This document shows, in pieces, positions 52,260 through 64,000 of a DNA stretch of 64,000 nt. The notes beneath the pieces were generated by a model. The model had not been told where the DNA came from. It made no database searches and saw only the letters and a program-made list of their open reading frames with translations. Numbering within the stretch: position 1 is the first letter of the stretch; each line of letters starts with the position of its first letter. The stretch spans positions 61,442,001 through 61,506,000 of the forward strand of contig OZ336885.1 in the NCBI GenBank assembly GCA_965287045.1, in the 5' to 3' direction. The stretch comes from Carcharhinus amblyrhynchos. Lineage: Eukaryota. The position numbers and the translations under genes are program-made.

Positions 52260-55200
52260 TTTACAGTTCTTGTTCGACTCCTCTTCAACTGATCAGGAAA
52301 ATAAATCAATTTGCCAGTAACGATGAACTTGCTTGCCAGAAATTAGAATTAAGCAGTACATTGATCTATAATTGGCATTGCCACAAATATTATGGATCTT
52401 TCGGAGGATACACAGGTGGAACTGAAACCGGTAGAGAAAAATGTAGCAACAACAGTCAAAATCGAAAACAGAGGACGCAAGCAATATGTGTTAAAAGTGT
52501 AATACGTGTTGTTTTTTGTAAGTAAAATGTTATTTGCTTTGTATTAACTGTGTTTTTGGAGACATCATGGACCCAAAAGTCATAAACAGGATAGATTTGT
52601 AAGGGGGGTTTCAACCATTTAAAGAAGGGTGTGATTCCAATGCAATTTACGCCATGATCTAGTTGCAGCGAAAATACAGAATTCGGAGACATGTCAAATC
52701 TCCATATACTGCAACGGAATGGGAAAATCAAGCCGCTCGGAATGGTCGGACATGATATTGCTCCTTTCTGAAAAGACAGTTTTATTTTTTCTCTCAAACT
52801 CGTTAATGCATGGAACATTTTTTCCGCAAATGTATTGGAAGGAGAGTTAAGGCAGTGGTACGTGTGCCTTTGATTAATAACATCCTGTAAAGTCACCAAA
52901 CGTAAACAGCAATGCGATGTTCAACTTAACACAAGATCAGGCGTTATCTTGTTGCATATTTGAACACGATCCTGATGACAGAATGCCCAATAATTGCATA
53001 TTTGTATCTTTTTTTTTGAATATTCGACTTTCCTGAAAACACCGTATAAATGGAAATGCGCAGGGTGAGCATTTTTGTGTCAGTTCACATTTTTCAACCG
53101 ATAAACCAAATGGAATATCGGCGAGTATTGCAAGGGACATTGAGTACGAACGGAAAAAAAAATCGTATTATTTAAACTACACCCGAACGGCTGCGCACAC
53201 CTCTGATGTATCAACATGTTGAGCGGAACCTTCCATTTAACTTTCCTCCGGATATATTCAAGTGCATAATTTTGACACTCTAATGATATCAATCGTGCAA
53301 TGGTTGTTGTCCTATTCGAGAATGAACTCTCTCATTAAGGATCTATTTAATCGGCCAATCAGAGAGACTTTGCCTTGTGCTGAACCATGGGTTTCATTTC
53401 CTCTAACTCCCTCAGAGATTGAAAGTTAACTGCTAGCATTCGATGTACTTTTTTTAAGAGTTTGTAAACAAAGTGATTTTGTGAAGGAATTTCTGCCTCC
53501 GAAGACTTATTACAGGGGCTAAAGTTGTAGGCATCAGGAAACGCACGATCAAAATGTGTCCCTTGTTCACTGAACTGTAGACGAATGGTACACGGTTTCA
53601 ATGGATGATAAAAGACACCGAATTGCGATATCGTTTTCCGAGTGAAATAATGGGGTCATATGTTATGCCGGAAACGGAATTACGGAGAATCAGTTTGGAA
53701 CAAAGGGTGAGGTACATGTCAATGATGAGGCTGAAGTTATAACCTGGTCGAATCGTAAGAAAGCTAAGTAACGAAGAATGTCCGAGAGCAAATGTACTTG
53801 CCTGACTTCAAAGCGCGGCTATGTTATTCTTTGAAATTCGTGAAAATGTTTCAATATGTACTTTATATACAACGGAGGTTGGAGTGATATGAAGTGACAA
53901 AAAAGTTGCGTTAAAAAAAGCATATTCATTACCGACATAAACATAATGAATTGTGGAAAGTTACCCAGTGTGCGAAGTACAATTCCTGTATACGTTATTA
54001 GTCACTTGTTTGGTTATGCAGCAGCAGATTCCAAATGTAGGCGTGTTTTTTTTTTAAATAAGGTAGACAAACTGCACAAATGTCAATTCCATAATTGACA
54101 ATGCAATAGTTCCGAAATATTCCACAGTCAAAGGGAGACAGATTGATAGTTTTAACTATTATTCTGAATCGGTAACGTGTTTCTCATCCTTGCTGATTAT
54201 ATTTTGGAAAACAAACCTTGCAAAAGTGTACGCCATCTTGTATTGGAATGAAAGCCCCGAAACCCGCTGTGCTATCACGAGAGGAAAAATGTATTGAGTT
54301 TCAGACATCGTTTTGAGCAACACGGGGGAATTTAAAGCATGGAGTCACGGAGATTATAATAGTTGAATTCCTGCCGCTGCTATTCACATTTTTTTTTGTT
54401 GTAGACCTACTAAAAATGCTGCTACCAATAATAAATATAAAAACAACTACGCAATATTATTTATAGTAATGACATGAACATGATTGTCTGATGCATCAAG
54501 AAACCAGAACACACAAATTAAAACAATGCATATATGGCAGAATGTGCAATTTCCATACAGGTAACCACCCAAAGAGGAACCCATCTCGGTTCCTTATCGT
54601 TTGGAGACATCGAGACAAAACATCGAGACACAGGGATATCAAAACTTAAAATATTTAACTGACACAACGGCAGGGAATTGTTTCTCATGGCGTTGGACAG
54701 TTTGAAACAAATGTTCTGAATCTTGGATCACATATAATAAGAGCTGAAATATTGCTTTCTTCACGCATGTTCACAAGTAAATGTTTTTTGACTAATGCCT
54801 TGAAAAATTGGCTGGTTCTGCATGTGCACGTTAATCAGTTGTATCAATACATTTCACATGTACACTCCGCCGTCCGTTTGTGCCTCCGTGCGCAAATGCG
54901 TGTCTATTGTAGATGAGGGGGCGGAGTTCCGGGTGGTGATATAATTTTTGAAATTCAAAGGAATTGTCCAAAAACAGTTTTAACACTATTATCTTTCTCT
55001 TTCCCTTTCAATTTCTCCTCTAAAAAAATAAAGGAATTATTCGCATAAATAAAATCTAAAACACCCACATTTGATACAAGAGCTGTTGTTCAGCTTTAGT
55101 TTCTGATCGAAGTTTCACAGCGCTACGCCAACTAGAAATAGCTTCACAATATTCACTTAATCCAATGTATTCCTAAATTTGCAGAACTGCATTCAATCGT

Positions 55201-56750
55201 CAGTAATAAATTGCACCAACTCGACACAATTTTGTGATTGTGCATGCCCCCAGCCCCCTCCCCTACTCCGACTCCGCTGACCTAGCCTCATTGCCCAGTC
55301 GTTTGTTTTTGCCAAATTAAAGTCGGCTCTGCATTCATCACAACATTCGGCGAAATTCAAAGCATTGTTTCAACTGAAAATCTCGAAAGGGGCCTGGTAC
55401 ATCCTTACAAAGAAAGAGTGCAGAATCTCAATAGCGATGGTGCTGTGTGCTGTTAAGCATGCCGGCACGAATGTTCTATTCCATGTTGCTTAACCTGTCC
55501 GTCCTCCATGTTCCTAGAAGAATTTCACTCAATGTTCTTCAACTTTGGTAGCCTCGTTGTTATGTGGTGCTCCACAAAATGGGTTTACAAGTCCAAATGC
55601 TGAACGCCAATGTTTTCACACATCCATTATTATCTGTGTCTCAGAAGTGAGTTGGTTAAACATGTAGTTTTTTTTTTAAACTAACCTGCAATACGTTTGC
55701 TTAATCAACCAGATTTTTAGTCAAATGTCTTTGGATATCCGAAAACTTCCCAACAGCGATGTTGCTTTGCAGCTATTGATTTGTCCTTCATGTCGGTCAA
55801 CATTCTCAAATAATCACCCCTCATATCTTGTTCTGGCTTTCCCTTCTGAGGGTTGCAATCAAAGCTTATATGTGTAGGTTGCATTCAATATGAATCTGTC
55901 AACTCTACCTCTTTGCTAACGAAATACAATAGAAACATGTAGCAGCGCAAGGATACCACTCCCATACTTGCTTATATCCTCCTTGCGTCCAGTATCTTGT
56001 TGCAGTCCCACACTTAGTACTGTTTTGTTCTTTGCTACATGTTCACGCAAAATGCACTCTCGATCCAACTGCAGTGGTTGCTCATTTCCTACATTGCTTT
56101 CAGAATTTAAATTAGTTTTTTTACAACGGATGTCAGGGAAAAGCTCTTCATCTTACTTCTGAAAACAACGCGTTTAGTCATTTTTTTGCAATTTTCCTTA
56201 TTTTGGTGAGAGGTAAATGACATCGATACGTAATTGCCTTTAACGGCGTGGCACTTTGAGACTTCTCCGTGGGCACATGTGAGTTAATATTTTGGAATAG
56301 TGTTGGACAAGAATGCAGAATTCCTTTGTTGAAGTGCACTAATGAACCAGGATAACATACACGCCAACCAATGATTAAATCAATGCCACCATTACCAACT
56401 GTAACTTGCAGATTTAACTGAATTTCAACGTTGCCAGTTGCTCGGATATTGTTCAAATGAATGAATCATATTCTAAGACTGGACAGCTGGACCGGCGTTA
56501 CCTAATTCCCCTTTCGAATTTTGGGCGTCAATGATTAGCTTTACTCGAGCAAATAGACTTAATTGTAAATTATTCTGTTTCAGTTGTAAACAATGAAGGA
56601 CGTCCAAATTCCAAAACATATGAAGCTTCTGAGCTTGTGTTGCAGAGTTGGAACACTATTGAGTAAATTAAGAACATAACTCTTGTTTGGGCAAGCTTAA
56701 AACTCTTCACAGAATACAACCGTGGTGTCCAACATCTGTTTTCAGCAAAC
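52260..56750 (-). pseudogene. Decayed multi-ART gene, unit 9 (modules ~56178-56750, 55686-56158, 55050-55645, 53950-54300, 53100-53800, 52470-53060; last exon running down from 52421)
   Basis: LNNIRATG..SCPTLF; ILALL..NIAVGKFS; IIMDV..LTAHSTIAI..NNAL; AGFGAF..NYGIDI; HFVYKLLKKVHRMLAVNFQSLR..NMLIHQ; EKMFHALTSL..SCPTI..IWRF..IYPVYDFWV. Acceptors at 56159 and 52422. Confidence 0.62.
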
Positions 56751-57429
56751 AAAAGATTGAAATGACTTATTGTTTGATAAAAGGTGGAAAGAATAAAAAC
56801 AGATATCTGCCACAGGAAGATGCATTAAATGTGCCGTCTTTTCGAAACTAAAAAGATGCATTGCACTACGCGCGCTCTTGAGTTATGGAATTAATATTTG
56901 CAGCTGCATGTCTTTCTAGTGCATTCTGAATTCCATTAATTTAATTTTTTTTATTAATTGAATGTGCAAGTAGAATTTACTACCTCACATTCTAAACACT
57001 GTTTACTGCTTTGCACTTAACTTTTATATGCATACGGCAACATAGTATAGCCTAATTTATATTATTTTTGATATGTGCCTTGTGATACTTTGCAAGTGAT
57101 CATCATTTCCTTCAAGTTCTAATCGTTTTGACAGCTGACTCACTACTTTTAAAATTAAAGTCACTTCCTCCGAGGAACAAAGATCGAAAAAAGAAATCAA
57201 TGAACAGATTGGCTGTAGATATGTCCGATGTATCACATCGTTGCACTGAATTCGAACTTCACACTAAGCAAGCGTATTAAAGACATCAGAAATTTAAATC
57301 TTTATAAATGCATCTTATAAATATATCACGTTGTCATTTCTGAAGGCTTTACAGTATTCCTTCCGTGTCTTGAACATTTTGGCAATAAAGACTCGTTGAT
57401 TTTCGTATTCGAAAGGTGTCGTTAGAGTA

Positions 57430-58420
57430 ACAAATCCTACTTTTAATGAGACACAAATGTTATACCAATGATTCCTATTTTAAAGGTAAGAGTGGAGAAA
57501 CTGGGATGTAACATGAGTCGATGACCTTCACCATATTCAGCCAATCGCAAATTGATAAGACATGCCATAAATTAATTAAATGTTGCCCTATTTTCGTATG
57601 CTCCAAACAGAAGGACATAATTGAAAAAAAAATCACGCTGCGGCTTGGGAAGGGTGAATAACAATGGATTTCATTGGAATATAAACGCAAGAAGTTAGAA
57701 GCTAACGTTTTCAGTGTATGCTGTTCACTAGGACACACCAGCCAACAATTGTATCGAAAAGTGAGGAAGGCTAGTGGCGCGGTACTCCTTATTAAGCTCG
57801 TTGCGGGCACAGTGTAATGGAATTTTCCTTCGAGTATAATTACAATATATTAAGCACACCATGGCAAAATAAACACTTTTAATTACGTAGATCAAGATGG
57901 ATACTACTGCGAAAAAGCAGTGAGGGTTGCTCATGAAAGGAAATGGCTTTCCCATTTGGATCAGAAACTTGAATAAAATGCTCAAATAATGGCGATATGA
58001 AGTAGCCATGATTGGGAATATCGGCCCTGGCAATTTTGTGCCGCACCATGGAAATAATTGGAGACATTTCTATACTCTGAAATGTTGCAAGAATCCGAGT
58101 TGAGCTCATCGAAACCTTCAGAATCATGAAATGAATGAAGTGGGCAGACGTGTGGATGATATTTCCCCTAGTCGTAGATATTAGAAACAGGAGGCATGAC
58201 TACAAATCAAGGTATAATCCAGTTTGGACAGAAATGGGGAGCACGGTCTTAATCAATGGTCTGTTAATTACTTCAAATCCAAAATACATAGGTCTTTGCA
58301 TGCTAAATTCGTGAGTATGTTTCGAGTAGGAAACGACCTGTGTATGAATTCAATTTGGGTTAATGGATCAGGCGATAGAGGTGAGAAACGAATAGAGGCG
58401 ATTATCAGGTACATTTCCAT
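57430..58420 (+). mobile_element. Old degraded CR1 LINE
   Basis: Eroded 3' ORF2 motifs (ggaatataaacgcaagaagtt; agaaacaggaggcatgactacaaatcaagg). Confidence 0.6.
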
Positions 58421-58449
58421 TGTATAAGCAAGCAGTACTGATGTGCTCA

Positions 58450-59900
58450 AAGTATAAGAAAATGGCAGACATAAATAAAAACAAGAAGACCAATAAAGAA
58501 CAAGCAGGAAGTAAAGATCACGCAGTTAAAAACGTTACAGCAGCGTCTCTGCCGAGCTGGGGATATTAAATAAGCAATAGAATATTAGTGTGTGTTCACT
58601 GGAATTGGTAAAAGGAAACATTATACAGGGAACTGTTTCTTCTTTATTCAGAAAAATGAACTAAATGCAAAAAAAAAATCGCAATTCGTGAGATCAGAAT
58701 TAATTTTATCTTTTAAGTAATAGTTCGACAGGCAGACAAAAACTGGAGGAATAATCTTTGTCTCTTATACTGCGCTACGCAATTAGAGATGAAACTAAGA
58801 GATTTAGATTACGTAATGTTTAAAAGTCTAATATTTAATGAATAATGCACGATATATTTGATATGACATTCCTCCAAAACTTCCAGTCGGGGCCAAGAAA
58901 TTGGCATTGGGCAAATAAGAACATAAGAAATAGGAGCAGGAGTAGGCCATCTAGCCCTTCGAGCCTGCCCCGCCATTCAATAAGATCATGGCTGATCTGT
59001 TGTGGCTCAGTTCCACTTTCCCGCCCTCTCCCCATAACCCTTAATCCCCTCTCTTATCAAGAACCCATCAACCCGCTTCTTAAAAATATTTACCGAGGTG
59101 TGTGTGTGTGTGTGTGGGTGGTGTGGGGTGGGGGGGGGGGGGGGGTGGAGGTGGTGGATGCACTGTGGAGGCACTGTTTTAAAATATACCCTTCTGCCGC
59201 TTAAATGAATTTGCGTTAATATTGAGCTCTATTGGTCATGGCAGACTATGCATTACGAATTCAATAAAAAAATGTACATGAACCGTAAGTCCAAATTTGG
59301 TATCTTGTAGTATTAGATCAAGCATCCACAAACACGTTTTTTTAAATGATTTAGAACGAATCGTCCGGTTCGCTGAAAAAAAATCTTATAGCACATTTGT
59401 ACCTGTTGCCAAATAGTGCGGACGCTTTGAAAAAAAAAGATAGAAAAATGGTTCTTCGCACCCAATTTCTGCACCATAGATTTGCATTTCTCTAGAGCTG
59501 AATGCGTAAATTGGAAAACAAAAATTGCGCAATGGTAGGGAACTATCCAGTAACAACAGCAACAGTAATGAAAACACTGTGGCCGGACACAAGTGGCTCA
59601 AAACAACATTAATTATGTTCCTTATGGCAGGAGAACCTACCAGTAAAAAGTGAAGATAGGGTTTGAATTTACTCGTAACAAAATTAGCAGACGTCGAGCC
59701 AAATTACATGTAAATTGCCCTATTTATAGAAAAAGCTTTCCTAGAATTCTTTGAGTTAATTAATGATGCGCATGCTATTTTCTAAATTCAGGGAATTTGA
59801 GAGATTTTGGCAACTGAATCCTGAGTTTGAAATGTCACCGAGATAAAATGTTATAATTGGAAGCATCGCCACATGGAGGATAAATATTCAATTCCATGAT
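58450..59900 (+). pseudogene. Probable decayed ART modules, unit 10
   Basis: CVFTGIG..IIQGTVSS; LELNA..NYVPYG..KVKIGFEF..RMLFSKFREF. Weak support. Confidence 0.4.
58915..59098 (-). mobile_element. Young CR1 3' end fragment followed by (GT)n/poly-G
   Basis: Near-identical to 41810-41995 and 62000-62180. Confidence 0.93.
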
Positions 59901-60036
59901 CACCCAAAATCGAGAGAGGGTCCACTCCCTTGAAAGTAAGAGTGAACGCATATTACTGGTGTTCTCCACAACACGCATATGTATACCTTTGCTGAACTCA
60001 CACAAATCGCATTGCAGGCATGGCCGCATAAGTCCT

Positions 60037-60518
60037 ATACAGTTCTGGTCGCCACACTACCCGAAGTACGTGGAGGCTTTGGAGAGAGTGCAGAGGATGT
60101 TTACCGCGATGTTGCCTTGCATGAAGGGTCTTAGCTATGAGGAGAGATTGGGTAAACTGGGGTTACTTTCCCTGGAGGTGTATGAAATTATGAAGGGTAA
60201 AGATAGCGTGAACAGTGGGAATGTTTTGTTTTCCCAGGTCGGAGCTGACGATCACGAGGGGTCGCAGGTTCAAGGTGAGATGGGCGAGGTTTACCTCAGA
60301 TATCAGAGGAACTTTTTTTTTTGCAGAGGGCGGTGTCACTGCCAAGTAGGGTGGTAGAGGCGGACACGCTGGGATCGTTTAAGACTTATCTGGATAGTCA
60401 CATGAGCAGACTGAGAATGGAGGGATACAAACGATTGGTCTAGTGGGACCAATGGGCGGCGTAGGCTGGGAGGGCCGAAGGGCCTGCTTCCTGTGCTGTA
60501 TTGTTCTTTGTTCTTTGT
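60037..60518 (+). mobile_element. CR1 3' fragment (third subfamily)
   Basis: IQFWSPHY..LERVQRMFT..LSYEERL; (TTCTTTG)n tail. Confidence 0.9.
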
Positions 60519-60896
60519 ATTGAGTGGTGGTTTTGAACTGAATTTGACTTGCAGAGTTAACAACTGTTTTGATTTTTTTTGGAAAATAATGTCTGTGTTT
60601 CCAAACAATGTCGTTAAATTAAGAAGGACAGGTAATTTCAGGGAAGCTGTGCTTCTTAAATAGTTCGTATACTTATGACATATTTTCAATTATTCTCGTT
60701 CTTGTCCGCAATCTCGATTTTCATTCGTTTTAATAATTATGTCCTCGATTGTTTACACAAAGGCAGGCAAACTACCATTTTGTTGTCCGTTGCTCTTCAC
60801 GTTATTCCAGGCAACACTGAACGCCTGCGAACCAAAAATAAATAAATTGGAAAATTAGAAATTAGGAGGATTTGTAACCATATCTACAGGCATATC

Positions 60897-61144
60897 CTGA
60901 GTTGAGGAGGAAATTCTTCACTCAAAGAGTGGTGAATCTCTGGAATTTTTTGCCCGTTGAAGCAGTAGAGGCTACCTCGCTAAATATATTTAAGTCACGG
61001 GTAGATAGGTTTCTGTTAGACAGGGGAATTAAGAGTTACGGGGAGAAAGCGGGAAAGTGGAACTGATCCACTTCAGATCAGCCATTATCTTACTGAATGG
61101 CGGGGCAGGCTCGAAGTGCTCGATGGCCTACTCCTGCTACTATT
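60897..61144 (+). mobile_element. CR1 3' fragment
   Basis: gagttgaggaggaaattcttcactcaaagagtggtgaatctctggaat..gatggcctactcctgct. Confidence 0.9.
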
Positions 61145-64000
61145 TAGAACGTAGAACATAGAACATTACAGCGCAGTACAGGCCCTTCGGCCCTCGATGT
61201 TGCGCCGACCAGTGGAACCAATCCAATGACCCTCTAACCTAAACTATTCCAATGTTATCCATATGCCTCTCCACAGACCATTTGAACGCCGTTAAAGTTG
61301 GCGAGTCCACAACTGCTGCAGGCAGGGCATTCCACGACCTTACTACCCGCTGAGTAAAGAACCTACCTCTGACATCCGTCCTATAATTACCACCCCTTAA
61401 TTTAAAGCTACATCCCCTTGAGTTAGCCATCACCATCCGAGGTAAAAGGCTCTCACTGTCCATCCTATCCAATCCTTTGATCATCTTGTATGCCTCAATC
61501 AGGTCATCGCGTAACCTTCTTCTCTCCAGTGAAAATAACGACAAATCCTTCAGCCTTTCCTCATAAGGCCTTCCCACCATACCAGGCAACATCCTGGTAA
61601 ACCTCCTCTGCACCCTTTCCAATGCCTCCACATCCTTATTATCATGCTGCGACCAGGACTGTACACAATACTTCAAGTGCGTCCGCACCACAGTTTTGTA
61701 CAGTTGTAACATGACCTCACGGCTCCGAAATTCAATCCCTCTACCAATAAAAGCTAACACACCGTACGCCTTCTACAACCTTATCAACCTGGGTGCCAAC
61801 TTTCAGGGAGCTATGCACATGATCACCGAGATCCCTCTGCTCGTACACACTGCTAAGAGTCCTTCCATTAGCCCTACATTCTGTACTCCTGTTATTCTTT
61901 CCAAAATGAATCACCTCACACTTTTCCGTATTAAACTCCATCTGCCACCTCGCGGCCCAGCTCTGCCGCTTATCTATGTCCCTCTGCAAACTGTAACATA
62001 AGAACATAAGAAATAGGAGCAGGAGTAGGCCATCTAGCCCTTCGAGCCTGCCCCGCCATTCAGTAAGATCATGGCTGATCTGTCTTGGCTCAGTTCACTT
62101 TCCCGCCCTCTCCCCATAACCCTTAATCCCCTCGCTTATCAGAAACCCATAAACCCGCGTCTTAAAAATATTTAGCGAGGCAGTCTCCACCACTTCAACG
62201 GGCAGAGAATTCCAGAGATTCACCACCCTTTGAGTGAAGAAGTTCCTCCTCAACTCCGTTCTAAACCGCACCCCCCCCCCCTTTATCTTGAGGCTGTGCC
62301 CCCTAGTCCTACTGTCCTTTCTGAGCGGGAAGGGTCTCTCCACCTCAATCCTATCCATCCCATTCATCATCTTATATGTCTCAATGAGATCTCCCCTCAT
62401 TCTTCTAAACTCTAACGAGTACAAGCCTAGTTTATTCAGCCTCTCCTCATAGCTCAACCCCCTCAACTCCGGCATCAGCCTAGTAAACCTCCTCTGCACT
62501 CCCTCCAAGGCCAACATATCCTTGCATAAGTGCGGCGACCAAAACTGCACACAGTACTCCAGCTGCGGCCTCACCAGTGCCCTATATAGCTGCAGCAAGA
62601 CCTCCCTACTTTTATATTCAATCCCCCTTGCTATGAAGGCCAGCATCCCATTAGCCGTCCTGACCACCTGCTGCACCTGCAGGCTGGGTTTTTGCGACTC
62701 ATGCACGAGGACCCCGAGGTCCCTCTGCACCGTCGCCTGCTGCAGTTTTTCGCCACGTAAGTAATAGTCCTTCCTACCATTATTCCTACCAAAGTGGACC
62801 ACATCGCACTTGCCAACAGTAAATTCCATTTGCCAGTTCCTGGCCCATTCGCCCAGACTATCTAGATCCTTCTGTAGACTCTCCACACCCTCCGCCCAAT
62901 GTGCCGTTTCACCAATCTTGGTGTCATCAGCAAATTTCGACACCATACACTCAGTTCCCTCCTCCAGATCATCTATATAAATGGTAAATAGCTGAGGCCC
63001 CAGCACCGACCACTGGGGCACTCCACTAGTCACCAACCGCCAATCCGAATAGCACCCATTGACCCCCACTCTCTGCCTCCTATTTGACAGCCAATTCTCT
63101 ATCCACTCTAACACCCTACCCCCAACTCCATGCCCCCTTACCTTCTGCAATAACCTCTTGTGAGGTACCTTGTCAAACGCCTTCTGAATATCAAGAAATA
63201 CCACATCCAAAGGCTCTCCTCTATCCACTGCCCTAGACACTTCCTCATACAACTCCAATAAATTCGTCAGACACGACTTCCCCGTAACGAAACTGTGCTG
63301 CGCCTGCTCTATCAAATAATTCTCCTCAAGATGCCTCGGTATTTCCTCCTTGATGACGGATTTTAACATTTTACCTACAACAGACGTTAAACTAACCGGC
63401 CTATAATTCCCTGCCTTATGCCTGCCACCCTTCTTAAACAACGGCGTAACATGAGCCGTTTTCCAATCTTCCGGCACTTCCCTGGAATCCAGCGACGTTT
63501 GGAAAATATCCACCAAGGCATCCACTATCACCTCCGCTATTTCTTTCAGAACCCTTGGATGCATTCCATCCGGTCCTGGGGACTTGTCCCTAATCAGTCC
63601 CTCCAGTCTGTCCAGCACCGCCTCTCTAGTATCAATAATGTCATTGAGACCCTCCTGTCCAACCATCCTTCCATCGCTAACACCCGGCAAATTATTCACG
63701 TCCTCCTCCGTGAAAACCGAAACAAAAAAGTTATTCAAGGCCTCAGCCACTTCCCCATCCCCTACCACTAAGTGCCCCCTCTCATCCTCTAAGGGTCCAA
63801 CGTTCACCCTAGCCAACCTCTTCCTTTTTATATATTTATAAACACTCTTGCTATTCTTTTTAACATCCATCCTCACTGTTTACAACTCTTCCGACTTTGG
63901 TGTCGTCAACAAATTTACTAATCCATCCTTCTCCACCTTCATCCAGGTCATTTATAAAAATGACAAACAGCAGTGGCCCCAAAACAGATCATTGAGGTAC
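61145..64000 (-). mobile_element. CR1 LINE (second subfamily) acting as host, split by a nested CR1; host parts 61145-61999 and 63861-64000
   Basis: ORF 61239-61760 is an ORF2 C-terminus; the host sequence resumes at 63861 (..KFVDDTKVG on the minus strand). Confidence 0.9.
62000..63866 (-). mobile_element. Young 5'-truncated CR1 LINE with an uninterrupted ~590-aa ORF2 fragment (RT domain, no endonuclease)
   Basis: ORF 62095-63876 contains KSPGPDGMHPRVLKE, NYRPVSLTS, LDIQKAFDKVPH, GVPQWSVLGP, FADDTK; 3' UTR plus (CATAAGAA)n tail. Confidence 0.98.

Overview
Eukaryotic, repeat-rich vertebrate DNA. The young CR1-type LINEs with (TTCTTATG)n/(TTCTATG)n tails and the tRNA-derived SINEs resemble shark/ray repeats, so the source is probably a cartilaginous fish (inference). 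No intact host protein-coding gene was found. The only long ORFs are CR1 ORF2 (reverse transcriptase) remnants. Manual translation of the non-repeat DNA shows that much of it consists of heavily decayed ~0.5-0.65 kb modules. These carry, in the correct order, motifs of the ecto-ADP-ribosyltransferase (ARTC; ART1-5 type) catalytic domain: LDMA..DDxYxGC, LxxE..W, FNxAVR, FxFKSLHFxLTxA(L/I)Q, CxxVYRG, RFGQFASSS, FGxxTxF, GxxIxxxS, EVLIPP, SxFNC (consensus recalled from memory, not searched). I count roughly 35-45 modules, about 15-20 with clear multi-motif support. They form about ten same-strand runs of 2-8 modules whose orientation strictly alternates (- + - + ...). Several minus-strand runs end in tiny phase-1 exons and a hydrophobic last exon, like ART3. 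Best interpretation: a decayed array of tandem multi-ART-domain ('poly-ART') genes arranged as repeated divergent pairs. Module boundaries are approximate and need profile-HMM confirmation.
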